61,433 bases of DNA from Neovahlkampfia damariscottae (taxonomy: Eukaryota), in NCBI GenBank assembly GCA_016618085.1, contig JABLTG010000127.1:1-61433 (forward strand). The letters run 5' to 3'. The position numbers and the translations under genes are program-made. The notes under the pieces were generated by a model. The model saw only the letters and a list, made by a program, of their open reading frames with translations, was not told the origin of the DNA and did no database searches. This document shows, one piece after another, positions 1 through 12,622 of this stretch (positions are counted from its first letter, which is position 1; every line of letters begins with the position of its first letter).

Positions 1-2765
1 CAGAAATTTGTTCAGGAAATGGAACATGTACTTCACTGAATATTTGTCAATGTATTGATGGAAAAAATGGAAATCAATGTGAATTTAACAGTTGTTATGG
101 AAGAAATGCATCTGATTCAACTGTATGCTCTGGAAATGGAACTTGTATTGCACCAAATTTTTGTGAATGTATCAACGGAACAACAGGAAATGAATGTGAA
201 TTGAATATTTGTTTTGGAAAGAATTCTTCAGATTTGAATGTATGCTCTGGAAACGGAACTTGTATTAATTTCAATACATGTTCTTGCACCACAGGATATA
301 CAGGATCAATATGTGATAATGTTGTACAGCCTGAAGTTTCACCCTTCACTTCATTTTCGCCAAGCATTTCACCAACAACTTCAGTACAACCTTTTGTATC
401 TGCTTTACCATCGCCATCTACATCACCTCAAATATCTCCTCAAAATTCCCCTCAAGAAAGTTTATCACCTGCAAATTCACCAGTTATGTCTCAAGTACCA
501 AAAAAGTCACCGTCAATCGAAAATTCAAATTCCACTTTTCTTCAATGTTTTGGAGTCAATGCAACTGAAAAGATTGTTTGTTCATCAAATGGAAATTGTA
601 CTTCTGAAGATACTTGTGAATGCAAACTTGGTTATTCAGGAATTCAATGTGAATCATTTCTATGTTTTGGAAAACATTTTAACAGTTCAGATGTTTGTTC
701 TTTAAATGGAAACTGTACTTCACCAGATGTTTGTGATTGCTCTCAAGGTTTTTTTGGAAATCAATGTCAGCACACCATTTGTTATGGTCTGAATTTCACA
801 GATCCAAATGTATGTTCTGGGAACGGTGTTTGTTCTGGGTTCAATAGATGTTTATGCAAAGAAGGATTTTCAGGAACTCAATGTACAATCAAATCACCAA
901 AATTTTCAGGAATTCCAAATTGTGTTATTTTTGGTGAAGATTATCTCAGGTATCATCAATTTGAAGAATCAATTGTGATTGAACCAAGCATTTGTTCTAC
1001 AAAGGGATGGGGTGGAATTGCATTTCATAAAAAAGACGGAATTTCAACTTCAATGTTCATTGCTATTTCATGGTATTCATCTGATGAGAAATTACAATTC
1101 AGAGAATTAGATACACATCAAAATAAGAAAATTCTTGAGAAACCAATATCATTAGGATTGCTCCTCCCAACAGAAAGAAACTTCCCCCAAAAGTTGTACA
1201 TTGGCAAACAGAGATTTTCATTTCAATTAGACTCATTATATTTACAAAACTATGATCATATTTCTATTGTTTGCTCAGAAAAATTACCGGATTCAAACAT
1301 GACTTTTAATCATCATGAATCGGTTATTTCAAGATATTTTGATATCACTAAAAGCAAATCTTTATGTGATAATTGGGTTTTAAGTGGATTTTCAAATAGA
1401 TTTTCTGATATCTCTAGAGATTTCTGGTTTTTTGAAATGTTCATTTATATTGTTGCTCTGATGCTTTTTATGTGGTTTAGAGATTCACAACCATTAAAAT
1501 CAAGAGGTTATGTTCCTTTACTGGCTATGTTATCACAATACGTTGCTACTTTTTCATCAATTCAGCATTACTTTTTTTCTTTGGAATGGAGATCAAATTT
1601 TGGATGCATCTTGAAAATTCTAATGTACGAGAATTTTTTATCAGCAATTTTTTTAATGATGCCTTTGAATTATCTGAGATATATTCTATTGATTAACTTG
1701 AATAAAGAAAAGCAACATATTTCAGAAGATGAACAAATAGAATCATTATACTTAAAAACATTCAGAGTGTTTAAATTATTAACATCACCATTTTCATCAG
1801 CGATTATTGTCATGGCATTTTGGAGCTTCAGTACAATCATTGACTGTTTGATTATTATTCTCTTTGCTCCTAATTTTCAATGTTCAACTGGAAAGTCATT
1901 TGGCATTTATTCAATTCATTTAGTATTGAATATTTTATTTGGTATTGTATTCATCATTATTTTTTTTATTGATATTTTTGTGAATGTGATTTATCATTTC
2001 AAAAATGTGAAAAGACAATCATATCGTAAATGTGCTTTGATAAAAGTGTTAAAAGAAAGTTTGGTCAATTTCTATTTCAAGTCAGATCCATTTTTATTCA
2101 GACTTGAGCAAATTCTTGCATTTTTAATATTTTTTGTTTATTTTGTATTTGAAATGATCAATTTTCAAGTACTGATATTTGGAAAAGAAAATGGTTTCTA
2201 TTTCTATTTTGGGAAACATGTTTCAACCATTGGTCGAAGTTTCATCACTTACGCCTTTGGTTTTTATCAAGGAATTTTACCATTATTGGTTACTATGATA
2301 AGAAAATTGATCATTTCAATCAATTCTTACAAATACAAAAAGAAAAATGAAATCAAAATTTTAGATTCTTCTTATCTTGAAGATGAAGAACTATTCACCA
2401 TATTTTTTCAATTTTCCAAAGCTGAATGGTCTTCTGAGAATTTGATGGCTTACAGGGAGATTCAAAAATATAAAAAAATGAGTACATTGACATCCAGAAG
2501 AGATTTAGCCTTTCGAATTCATATTCTTTTTTTAAATGGAACTTATTCACCAATGGAATTAAATATACTGGAAGTTCAAGGAAAACAAGTTTTTACATTG
2601 ATAAATGATCCAGAATACAAATTCAATGATGATTTGTTCGATTCTATTGAAACTACAGTGTTAGGTAATATTTCAGATACCTTTAGTCGTTTTAGATTCA
2701 CTGTTGATTTCAAAAGATATCAAACAAATCGAGAATTGATTGAAGTAGAATTGAAAAACTTATGA
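1..2765 (+). CDS. EGF-repeat, multi-TM, RGS-domain receptor-like protein (5' end outside window)
   Basis: Frame open from position 3. Repeated CSGNGxC..CxC..GxxC EGF-like units, Ser/Pro linker, DOMON-like KGWGGIAF segment, about 7 hydrophobic helices, C-terminal RGS signature (FFQFSKAEWSSENLMAY...SPMELNI...DTFSRF). Confidence 0.85.
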   Translation, partial: EICSGNGTCTSLNICQCIDGKNGNQCEFNSCYGRNASDSTVCSGNGTCIAPNFCECINGTTGNECELNICFGKNSSDLNVCSGNGTCINFNTCSCTTGYTGSICDNVVQPEVSPFTSFSPSISPTTSVQPFVSALPSPSTSPQISPQNSPQESLSPANSPVMSQVPKKSPSIENSNSTFLQCFGVNATEKIVCSSNGNCTSEDTCECKLGYSGIQCESFLCFGKHFNSSDVCSLNGNCTSPDVCDCSQGFFGNQCQHTICYGLNFTDPNVCSGNGVCSGFNRCLCKEGFSGTQCTIKSPKFSGIPNCVIFGEDYLRYHQFEESIVIEPSICSTKGWGGIAFHKKDGISTSMFIAISWYSSDEKLQFRELDTHQNKKILEKPISLGLLLPTERNFPQKLYIGKQRFSFQLDSLYLQNYDHISIVCSEKLPDSNMTFNHHESVISRYFDITKSKSLCDNWVLSGFSNRFSDISRDFWFFEMFIYIVALMLFMWFRDSQPLKSRGYVPLLAMLSQYVATFSSIQHYFFSLEWRSNFGCILKILMYENFLSAIFLMMPLNYLRYILLINLNKEKQHISEDEQIESLYLKTFRVFKLLTSPFSSAIIVMAFWSFSTIIDCLIIILFAPNFQCSTGKSFGIYSIHLVLNILFGIVFIIIFFIDIFVNVIYHFKNVKRQSYRKCALIKVLKESLVNFYFKSDPFLFRLEQILAFLIFFVYFVFEMINFQVLIFGKENGFYFYFGKHVSTIGRSFITYAFGFYQGILPLLVTMIRKLIISINSYKYKKKNEIKILDSSYLEDEELFTIFFQFSKAEWSSENLMAYREIQKYKKMSTLTSRRDLAFRIHILFLNGTYSPMELNILEVQGKQVFTLINDPEYKFNDDLFDSIETTVLGNISDTFSRFRFTVDFKRYQTNRELIEVELKNL

Positions 2766-2918
2766 AAAAATATTTTCCAATCAAAAATAAGCGAAAACAT
2801 TATTCATTCCCCCTCGTTGTTTCCAGTGTGGGTGTTTATTCAAAAACAAAAAAATAAAGAAAATTATTTTCTTTCTAAAAATAAATTTCTCATTCCAAAC
2901 CGACCAATCACAATAAAC

Positions 2919-4038
2919 ATGTTCAAAAACAAAGAAACAGAGAAATCAAAAGGATTAGAAGAATTTGAAAAAAAAAACCAAATCAACGATGCAAATTATA
3001 CTTTTGACACTGAAAAACAAGATGACTTGAGAGAAAAAGAACCTTGGAAAAAAGAGTAAAAAAAAAAAAAAACTTAAAAAACAATAGTCCTAAATATTTC
3101 AAAAAAGTCAAAATTTCATCCTTAGCTCTCTTAAAAATGGTATGAAAAAAAAAAATAAAGAATAACAAAAATTTTTTCAAGATTCTTCACACAACATCAG
3201 CTGGAAATTCAAATATGGGAAACCAACTTGAAGTTATGGGTAATCTCCAAGGATATGTTGATGATGAAGCTTTTATTATTACAGATACATTTCCATTACC
3301 AGTTACTGGAACTGAAGTACGTGTATCTGCAGGAAATGAAGGAATTGAAGTAAAAAAGAAAACAAAAAAGTAACTTTTAAAAAGTTCACAGGTAAATATA
3401 TGGATATGACAGATGAAATTGGACGTAAAGAAAATATAATGGGTTGGTATCACTCACATCCTGGTTATGGATGTTGGTTATCAAAAATTGATATTGACAC
3501 ACAAACAAATAATCAATTATACTCAGAACCTTCACTTGCTATTGTTGTTGATCCTGTTCGTACAGTTTCACAAGGTCAACTTAATGTTGGAGCTTTTAGA
3601 TGTTGGCCAAAAGACTATAAAGCACCTGAATCATCAGTAGAACATATTTCAGTACCAAAAGATAAAATTGAAGATTTTGGAGTTCATTTTAATATGTACT
3701 ATTCATTAGAAGTTGAATATTTTAAATCAACTTCTGATACTCATTTGTTAAATTTACTTTGGAATAAGTATTGGATGAATACATTATCATCATCTCCTTT
3801 AATTGTCAATCAAAACTATTTTCATTCTGAAATTAAAGGTATTTATGAAAAATTGGATTTGGTCAAACAAGAAACTTCAAAGAGTTCATTTGGTTTTGGT
3901 GGCGAATCAAAAAAAAAGGAAAAAAGTGAACTTTCAAAATTAACAGATGATACCATTAAACTTGGGAATGAAGTACTTCATGGTGTTATGAATCAAGTTT
4001 TAAAAGATTCTTTGTTTAATGTTGATTTGTCAAAATGA
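2919..4038 (+). CDS. CSN5: COP9 signalosome subunit 5 (JAMM metalloprotease), 3 short introns
   Basis: Spliced PWKKDPKYFKKVKISSLALLKM...LEVMG...GWYHSHPGYGCWLSKIDIDTQ...LLWNKYWMNTLSSSPL; GT-AG introns near 3056-3087, 3140-3181 and 3350-3384. Confidence 0.95.
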
Positions 4039-5223
4039 TTAAAATTTTTTTATTTTTTTCATTTGTTGTTCTGTTTGATTTTGAGTTGGAATTTGATTGA
4101 ACAATGAGTGCTGCTCTATTGTAGGTGATGATGTGAATATTTCATTCATATCTTGAAATTGTCTTTTTTTTTCATTTGGTGACGGTAATCCCATGTTGAA
4201 TGGTGAAAAATTATTTAAAGGTGAAATTGTCAATACTGGTGATGTTTCAAAAAATGATGATTGAATATTTGGTGAATTTAAACTTTCTGGTGTCTTTAAA
4301 TGAAAATTTGGACTGAAATTTAAAAATGAATTATTTGGTGATGCTCCAATATTGGTTTCACAAAATTTTGTTAAATTATTTAAAAAATTTGGAACTACTG
4401 ATCCAAAAGTATCTACAGGTGATTTTTTTTCTTCTTTTACAACAGGTGCGGTTGGAGTTTGTTCAACTTCTAAAATGACAACTGGTTCAGGTTGTTTTTT
4501 TGTTTCATTTTTTTTAACATCTTCTGATGACTGAATTTCTGATGATTTAGGAGTAATTTCTTCAACAATTGCTTTTTTTCTTGATGCTTTTGGTGGTAAT
4601 CTTGTCATTTTAGAAATCAATTTTTTTTGAGGTGTTTGTGTTTGAAATGAAATTTCTCCATTCGTTAAATCTTCAGATGAACTTCTTTTTTCATAATTTT
4701 GCATTTCATTTATATCCTTTTCTTCTATTAATTCATGATTGTGTCCTCCACATAAAATGAATATCCTTCTTGTATCACTTTTTTCTAAAGGAACATAAAA
4801 GTGCAATTTTTGTGAACATTTTTGTGTTTTTTTCATTAATTGACCATGTTTCTCACAGGTTTGATGTCTTAAATGACATAATTTTCTGAAACAACGATCA
4901 TTTTCATTTTTTGATGATTTAGGACATGTGTAAATACCCTGACATGTTCTTTCATAATGCATTACTTTTTTATTGAAATAATTGCAAAAAACTTGTTTTT
5001 GAGTTGATGGTGTACCGAAACTACATTCTATGGAATCATAAAATGAATTTGGATGAGTCCAATTTTTCACATCAAAAACGTATAAAATGTCGTGTTCTGG
5101 TAATTTGACAGGAGATTCACAAATGATTTCTGAAGTGGCTGAAATGTTCCTTGTGATTTTGATTCTTTCTTTTGTCTCTGATTTTGTTGTTGATGAGTCA
5201 GTTGAAGCTTCATCTGCGCTCAT
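4039..5223 (-). CDS. Putative Zn-binding DNA-binding protein (GCM/WRKY-like fold) with Ser/Pro-rich tail
   Basis: RTCQGIYTCP...CEKHG...KCSQKLHFYVP...GGHNH Cys/His pattern; many SP/TP sites and a basic C-terminus. Fold assignment is by eye. Confidence 0.5.
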   Translation of the reverse strand: MSADEASTDSSTTKSETKERIKITRNISATSEIICESPVKLPEHDILYVFDVKNWTHPNSFYDSIECSFGTPSTQKQVFCNYFNKKVMHYERTCQGIYTCPKSSKNENDRCFRKLCHLRHQTCEKHGQLMKKTQKCSQKLHFYVPLEKSDTRRIFILCGGHNHELIEEKDINEMQNYEKRSSSEDLTNGEISFQTQTPQKKLISKMTRLPPKASRKKAIVEEITPKSSEIQSSEDVKKNETKKQPEPVVILEVEQTPTAPVVKEEKKSPVDTFGSVVPNFLNNLTKFCETNIGASPNNSFLNFSPNFHLKTPESLNSPNIQSSFFETSPVLTISPLNNFSPFNMGLPSPNEKKRQFQDMNEIFTSSPTIEQHSLFNQIPTQNQTEQQMKKIKKF

Positions 5224-5430
5224 CTTCGTCTATTTTTATTGAAGGATTTTAATTGGTTCATTAACCCTTCTATTTTGCAAAAAGGAAAAATATTTCCAGA
5301 TTCAAACGGTCATTAAAAACACTCAAATAATATGTCAATGTGGTTTCTTTTTTCAATAATTTATCCGAACTGAAAAAACACAGAAAAATTGAGAATACAG
5401 ATTTGTCAGATAACAGACAGCTGTCCAATT

Positions 5431-5919
5431 TTACAAACCCTGAAATAACTTTTTCTTTGAAACTGGATTGTTCAAATGAAAATCTTTTTTGCTCACTAAA
5501 AAAAAAATGATACAAAAGTTAAAAATCAGTGTCTTTAATCTTTTTCATCTTCCAATCTAACCAATTCAAAATCTATTTCATCCTTTTTCAATTTTCCATT
5601 TGCATACAAGTGTCTCAAATAGTTCAAGTTAGTTTTTGTTGAACTTCAAAAATTAACAAAAAAAAAAATTTTCTTCTTACTAAGAACCTAAACAACCATG
5701 CCAAGCATTAATTTCTTTTTCACAATTCCAATAAAAAGTATATGAATATTTTTTTTGGCATTCATAAAAATCTTTAATTGAACATTGTGTTTCTGCGTAA
5801 AGACGAATTTTTTTATAGAAATAATTTTCAAGAGAGTCAGAGTATTCTCCTTCTAAACTTATCTCTTTTGCATCTTTTCGTATTTCTTCGTCTGTTTTTG
5901 GTGCTTTTTTGATGTTCAT
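5431..5919 (-). CDS. Small Cys-pair (Cmc1/twin CX9C-like) protein, 1 intron; 3' end uncertain
   Basis: CSIKDFYEC...CEKEINAWHGC; GTAAG donor near 5680 with acceptor near 5645. Confidence 0.5.
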
Positions 5920-5973
5920 TTTTTATTCATCAACCAATCAAATTCTTTTTTTCTTTTTTGTTTGTTTTTCACA

Positions 5974-6393
5974 ATGGTGAAGAAACAGAAAAATAAAAGT
6001 TATAAATTTCCTGAAAAGAAACTTATTTATTACACTGATGAAGAGTATATTGATATAAAATTTCAAACATCTGTTCATACAGCTGATGTTGGAGTTGAAG
6101 GATTATTTTTACTAAAATAATCATTTGATAGCGGTATTAAATGATGGAAATATTTTATCAAGTTTTAGTAATGGTATCCAATGGATAATTTCAAATGTTT
6201 GAAAACAATTGCTCATTCCCATCCAATTACTACAATTTTTCGAATTTTAGATTATGAAATATTAACTTCAAGTGTTGATGGAACGATAAAGAAATGGATT
6301 TTAATAGACTCATCATCAATTCTTTTGGTTCATTTTCCGAATTTGAACTCAATGAAGAAGAGAGATCACTCAATATTTTTTTACTTTGATTGA
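5974..6393 (+). CDS. Short WD40-like gene or fragment; exon joining unresolved, possibly a pseudogene
   Basis: HSHPITTI...ILTSSVDGTIKKW resembles one WD40 repeat; no clean in-frame intron found to join the 5' part. Confidence 0.35.
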
Positions 6394-6547
6394 CTAAGTT
6401 GATTGATCAGCACAAAATGAGAAATAAACCATATTTTGAGGTTGATATTTATGAGCACCAAATTGATTTTTACAAGTCAAAAATAGACATTTGTTGTATT
6501 AGATAGTTAAATTCCAAAATTAGAGATTCACACCCCATTGGTCAACG

Positions 6548-7898
6548 ATGTTCAACGTTCAACTTTTATTAGTTATCTGTTGTTTTTTGTTTGCTTCTGG
6601 AGAAATTCAACAGCACAATTTCAATCCAGAAATAATTAAACTTCAAAAAATAAACAACAAATTAGCAGGTTTTGTTTTCTTACAATTAATTTAAAGCTAA
6701 TGGTGTCTATTCTTGTAAAATGTTGCCAAATGGACATAAAATAGAATGGATTCTCTCACAAAATACAATTCAACTAAATTTCACAATTTCTTCAACAACA
6801 AAAGTCAGTTCTTCAAAAGGATGGGCAGCAATTGGTCTTAACTCAATTGGAAATGGAATGACAGGTTCATCCATAACTATGGGATACGGTTCAACTTTGA
6901 ATGAATACAAAGCAACGGCATTGCAACTTCCGGATATTTTGACAACACAAAAAATAACGAACAAATTTGTTTATGCTTCAGATTTCAAATTTCAATTTAC
7001 AAGACCTTTGACAGATCCTGATACTACATATTTTGATATAACAAATACAAAAATCAATTTTTTAGTTGCTTACAACGATAAAAATACTCCAACTAGTCCA
7101 ACATCATTTATCAAACATTCCAACACTGAAACTCATCAAATCAATTTCTTTTTAACAAGTTCATGTGTAACATCTACAACTTCACCTGCTTATTCTCCAG
7201 TTTCATCACCAAAAATATCTCCTTCTTTGAGTTGTTTTGGAAAACAATCTACAGATGCTGACGTCTGCTCTGGAAAAGGAAAATGCATTTCAACCGACAC
7301 ATGTAATTGTATTCAAGGTTATTCAGGAAATCAATGTCAAACGGCTCCAATGGGAACACAATCATGCAAGGATTTTGGTAATGGAAAAAAAGTCTATTGG
7401 ATTTTGGACTCAAATTCTATCCAAATCAATGCTTCATTTTCAAAGAAACTTGGATTTTCAACTGCAAGAGGATGGACTTCTGTTGGAATAAATTCAATCA
7501 CTGAAACGATGAAAGGAGCTTCAATTGTATTGGGTTATTCAAACAAAATCTTTGAATACAAATCATCAGGTCTTCAACAGCCAACCCTTTTACAACCTCA
7601 AAAAATGACAAATACAATGATTTTAGAAACACCTACTGAATATATATTGATGTTTAAAAGACCATTAAACGATACAAATGATGTGAATTATTTTGCGATT
7701 AAAAATGAAAATCAAAGAATTCTTTTTGCTTACAACGAAAATGACACACCAACAAGTTCAACATCATTTTCTAAACATACTAAGGCATGGTATTTTACTC
7801 ATAACTTTTACACATACAGTGAATGTACAAATGATTCATCAACAAATTCAATTCCAACTTTTCTTTTGCTTTCTATTTTATTTTCCTTTATTATATAA
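6548..7898 (+). CDS. Secreted/surface protein with two DOMON-like domains and one EGF-like repeat
   Basis: Signal peptide, one short intron, duplicated GWAAIG...MTGSSITMG / GWTSVG...MKGASIVLG with F.KH motif, central EGF unit, hydrophobic C-terminal tail. Confidence 0.8.
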
Positions 7899-7994
7899 CT
7901 GAATTGAAACCAAATTGAATAAATATCACTTTCATTAATCCCTCAAAAACAATTGTTTTTTGTCCAATCATCGTGATTCTTGTTTTCAACCCAA

Positions 7995-9419
7995 ATGGCA
8001 TTCATGGAGGAATTGAAACATTTTTTTAAAGACAAAGATATCAGAGTATTAAAATCAAATGAAAGAGGTTTGGAGAAATTCCAGTTCCTTTCTGTTTTTA
8101 CACTTTATGATTTTTTTGCTCAAACTTGTTGTCAACTTCATGATCTTATACCAGACAATATTTTGGATTTAGAGCTTAAACAATTAAATTTATATAATTC
8201 AACATCTAAAAACACTCTAAAATTTGAAATTGAACTCCAATCGATGGAAGGAAAAAACTTTAGGCTTGAAAATTTAAATTTTCTTTTTTTGTTTAAAAAA
8301 AATGAATCAGGAAAATTGGAATATAAAGAATTAGTCCATGTTATTTCAGATTTAATAGCTGAAGATTTTCAGATGAAAATTTTTGTTGATTTTTTTTCAT
8401 GGATGAAAAATTTTAACATGAAAATTAAAAATGCACAACCATCCGAAGAAATTGAATACTTTTCAATAATCAAAGGAAAATATGCTAATTATTCGAATTT
8501 TGTTGAATTTGTGAAGAATATTGAAAAAAAACAAAATTTGGAGTTAAAGAAAAAAATGAAAATTCATAACATGGAAGGAGAAATTTATGATAATTATTTA
8601 GATATAAAATCACTATACTTTGATATAAATTATGAAGGGAAAATCGATTTATTTGATCCTATTCGAATTCTATTCACTCCTTCAGAAATTATTGTGAATT
8701 TTGAAAAATTTACAATCTGCAATAGTGAACGAAATAGATTCAAAAAATACGACTTATATTGTGATAATGGAAGTATATTTGATGATTATTTTTGTAAATC
8801 AAATTACAATTCATCAGATTTTTCCAAATTCCCTCAGAATTACATATTGCATCCAGACACTATTTTCATTTATAAAACAGCAATGGATAATAAATTAGAA
8901 CCAAAATCGACAAAAATTATATCATTTAAAAATCAAAATCCTAAATTAAAAATATCTTGGGAATTTGTATTTTCTGGAAGATTTGAACTGATTTTGAATA
9001 TTACATCATTTTCATCGGACAGAACAACATACTTTAAATTTGTCCATGATTATTATTTCTCCTATTTTTCAGATTTTTTAAGAATTAATTTTGTATCATC
9101 AGAGGATATTTCACTCACTGATTTAAAAATTCATCATTTAATGGATCTATTTTGCATCCCATTTGAAACTGTCAATTTTGACCAATTCCAAATTATAAAA
9201 GTCACAATGGAAAATGAACATGTTTACATTTCTGGATTTTTTATTCGTGAAATGAATAAGGAAGTATTTGAATTAAAAATTCCAATCTATGAAAATGAAC
9301 AAACTGAATTAATATTTCAAGAAGTCATCCATCAGTCATTGATCGTTGATTTAAAAAGAGAAATCAAAAAACAAACTCAAAAAAGCAAAATTTTAGATTT
9401 AAATTTCAAATTTAACTGA
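7995..9419 (+). CDS. Hypothetical protein (about 474 aa)
   Basis: Long intronless ORF with CCAAT at about 7964; no recognisable motif. Confidence 0.6.
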   Translation: MAFMEELKHFFKDKDIRVLKSNERGLEKFQFLSVFTLYDFFAQTCCQLHDLIPDNILDLELKQLNLYNSTSKNTLKFEIELQSMEGKNFRLENLNFLFLFKKNESGKLEYKELVHVISDLIAEDFQMKIFVDFFSWMKNFNMKIKNAQPSEEIEYFSIIKGKYANYSNFVEFVKNIEKKQNLELKKKMKIHNMEGEIYDNYLDIKSLYFDINYEGKIDLFDPIRILFTPSEIIVNFEKFTICNSERNRFKKYDLYCDNGSIFDDYFCKSNYNSSDFSKFPQNYILHPDTIFIYKTAMDNKLEPKSTKIISFKNQNPKLKISWEFVFSGRFELILNITSFSSDRTTYFKFVHDYYFSYFSDFLRINFVSSEDISLTDLKIHHLMDLFCIPFETVNFDQFQIIKVTMENEHVYISGFFIREMNKEVFELKIPIYENEQTELIFQEVIHQSLIVDLKREIKKQTQKSKILDLNFKFN

Positions 9420-9501
9420 GGTTTCACAAATTGGTTCTAAATTAATTTTTGTGACAGACGATTGGACAAAAAATAAACCAATTGAAAGTTCTCTCACAAA
9501 T

Positions 9502-10587
9502 ATGAAGTGGGTGTTAGGAATCATATTTGTGTTAAATTATAATTATGTTACTGGTAAGAAAACCATAAAACTGAACAAAAACAAGCTGGATGGCAGTCAT
9601 TAAAAAACACCAGAACAATCGAACCAAAAAAAGGAAAAGGATTTGACTTTAGCACAACAGCAACAGAAATCACTTGGAAGGTATCATGTTCATCAANNNN
9701 NNNNNNNNNNNNNNNNNNNNNNNNNNNNNNNNNNNNNNNNNNNNNNNNNNNNNNNNNNNNNNNNNNNNNNNNNNNNNNNNNNNNNNNNNNNNNNNAACTG
9801 AACAAAAACAAGCTGGATGGCAGTCATTAAAAAACACCAGAACAATCGAACCAAAAAAAGGAAAAGGATTTGACTTTAGCACAACAGCAACAGAAATCAC
9901 TTGGAAGGTATCATGTTCATCAAGTTGCAACGTATACCTTTTGGACTTGGATAATTTAAACAAATTATCAGAAGGAGCATCTTTTACAACATTTTATGAA
10001 AAAGTAGGAACAACAAGTTCAACTTCCTCCTATTCAAATGCTGCAATAATTAAAAAAAGAGTGATTATATATGTTTTGAATCCATCAGATTCGGCTGTAA
10101 CAGCATATTTTATTCAAGAACAATTGGTACCTGATTCTTCTCGTTCAATTACCTTAGAAGTAGCAATTTTAGCTTCATTAGCAGCAGGTGTTTTTATTTT
10201 CTGTACAATTTCTGCTTGTATTATTGTTGGTGTCATTGGTGAGTCTAATGGTTTCATATTCTAACAAAATAAGGAAAAATATATTGGGATAAGAATTCCT
10301 TTGACAGAAGAGTCAAGCGAAACAGATCTTCAGTTTTTGTTGACTATGGTGAGGCGAAAGAGGACAGTATTACATATTCTAACTTTTCTGTTCCAAAACA
10401 AGACATTAGCAAACCAAAATACACAGAAAAACTTTCAACTACAAAATCGACACCTTATCGTGAGCAAAAGAAGACCTGGAACCCAACCATTTTCCACGGA
10501 GATGCCGGCAATGGTGGATACTCAGGATACTCAGGTGGTGACGGTGGTGACTCTGGAGATTTTGGTGATGGTGGGAATGAATATTAA
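9502..10587 (+). CDS. Type I membrane protein family, copy 1 (spans assembly gap)
   Basis: Signal-peptide exon, GKGFDFST ectodomain, Cys-containing TM, tail FVDYG...GDFGDGGNEY; two introns. Confidence 0.75.
9697..9795. other. Assembly gap (N run) flanked by duplicated sequence
   Basis: 9569-9696 is repeated at 9796-9923, typical of an unmerged scaffold overlap. Confidence 0.9.
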
Positions 10588-10819
10588 TAAAATTTCCCTG
10601 ATCCGTCTTAGTGGTTACATCAAGAATACTAATTCATTTTTATTTGTCAAAACAATGAGAGAGTTCTGTATTTTTTTTAAAAACAGATAACTCATCAATA
10701 CTAGTTGATATAAAAAGAGAAATTTTAAATACAGATTTTAGATGAATTATGCATTTTCCATTGCTTTCAATTTCAATTTTGCAACAGATGATTGGTGCAA
10801 GAAATAAACCAATTGACAT

Positions 10820-11599
10820 CAGGAATTATCATTCTATTAAATTTTAATTATATCATTGGTAAAGTAAAAAATAACTGAACAAAAACAAGCTGGATGGCAG
10901 TCATTAAAAAACACCAGAACAATCGAACCAAAAAAAGGAAAAGGATTTGACTTTAGCACAACAGCAACAGAAATCACTTGGAAGGTATCATGTTCATCAA
11001 GTTGCAACGTATACCTTTTGGACTTGGATAATTTAAACAAATTATCAGAAGGAGCATCTTTTACAACATTTTATGAAAAAGTAGGAACAACAAGTTCAAC
11101 TTCCTCCTATTCAAATGCTGCAATAATTAAAAAAAGAGTGATTATATATGTTTTGAATCCATCAGATTCGACTGTAAAAGTAGAATTTCTTCAAGAACAA
11201 TTGATTCCTGAAACAGAAAGTCGTTCATTGGTTTTTGAAATCGCAATTATATCTATTATCTCTGTATTTGCAGCAGGTGTAGTTATTTGCTGCATTCTTT
11301 CTGTATGTGTTATCGTTTATGTCGTTGGTGAGTCAAATTAATTCATATTCTAACAACACCAAGGTGAGTATTTCTATGATACAAGAGAATTCAACAGAAA
11401 TAGATCTTCAGTTTTTATTGACCATGGCGATTCTAAAGATCATAATAAATCTAACTATTCTGTTTCTCGGCAGGACTTTGGTGGAAAAATGAACTGGAAT
11501 CCAACCAATTTCAGAGAACATACTAGAGATGATGGTGGAGACTCAGGATGCTCAGGTGGTAACTCAGGAGATTTGGGTAATAGTAGGAATGAATATTAA
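10820..11599 (+). pseudogene. Type I membrane protein family, copy 2; no in-frame ATG found
   Basis: About 300 nt (10873-11170) identical to copy 1, later exons open to GNSRNEY-stop, but the first exon has no ATG in frame. Confidence 0.55.
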
Positions 11600-11698
11600 T
11601 AAAATTTCCCTGTTCCCTCTTCGTGGTCACATCAAGAATACTAATTCATTTTTATTTGTCAAAACAACGAGAAATTGTCATTGGTTGATTTTGTGAAC

Positions 11699-12437
11699 AT
11701 GAAGCAATTCTTCTGCATACTGGTGTTGTTTTTATTTAACACAATAACAGGTAAGTTTTATTGATCCTAAAATTTAGCCGAATGGCAAACCATCAGAAAC
11801 ACAAGAATCATCAGTCCTGGTCTTGGAAAAGGGTTTGACTTCAGCACTGCGGCTTCTGAAATAACATGGGATGTGTCATGCACAAGAACATGTAATGTTT
11901 ATTTATTAGATATCGTAAATTTAAGAAGACTTCAAAGAGGTGATAGTTTCAACACATTTTATCAAAAAATTGGAACTACATCTTCACGAAGTACATCAAG
12001 TTCAAGAAGTATAATACAATCACAAGCTATTGTTTATGTTATTAATCCTTCAAATAGCACTGATTTATCTGCTACTTTTTTGATGGAACAATTTCTTGAA
12101 AAGAATTCTGGTCTTGCTTCAGGAATTATTTGGATCATCGTTATAGGATCTGTTTTTGGCTTTATTTGTCTTTGCATGGTATTTTTCTTTTGTATTGGAA
12201 GTAAAAAAAAAAAAACTGTTAAATTTTTTTGAAGTGTTATTTTCAATTGGAAGAAAATCAGGTTATATTGGTGGAGGAGGAGGAGGTTATTATACTGGTG
12301 GAACAACCATTTTTATGGATTATGGTGATAATCATTATGGAGACAGTCATTCAGGTGGAGGTTTTGGTGGTGATTTTGGAGGTGATTTTGGAGGTGATTC
12401 TGGTGGTGATTTTGGAGGTGGTGGAAGTGAATTTTAA
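11699..12437 (+). CDS. Type I membrane protein family, copy 3
   Basis: Signal peptide, GKGFDFST domain, TM, Gly/Asp tail (GGDFGGDFGGDSGGDFGGGGSEF). Confidence 0.8.
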
Positions 12438-12622
12438 AAAAATTAGCTCAAATAAAGTTGCAGTTTCGTCCAACATTGTTCTGGTCACCATAATTTTTTG
12501 TTTTTAAATTGTAATCGGTTGATGTGAAATTTGCTATTCCAATGTGCCATACTAAATGAAACATTCCTGGGATTAAAATAATATTCATTATTTTTTTCAA
12601 AATGAATTATTATTGGACAAAA

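Noticed and set aside
9569..9923. Exact 128-nt direct repeat
   Set aside because: Flanks an N gap; best explained as an unmerged assembly overlap.
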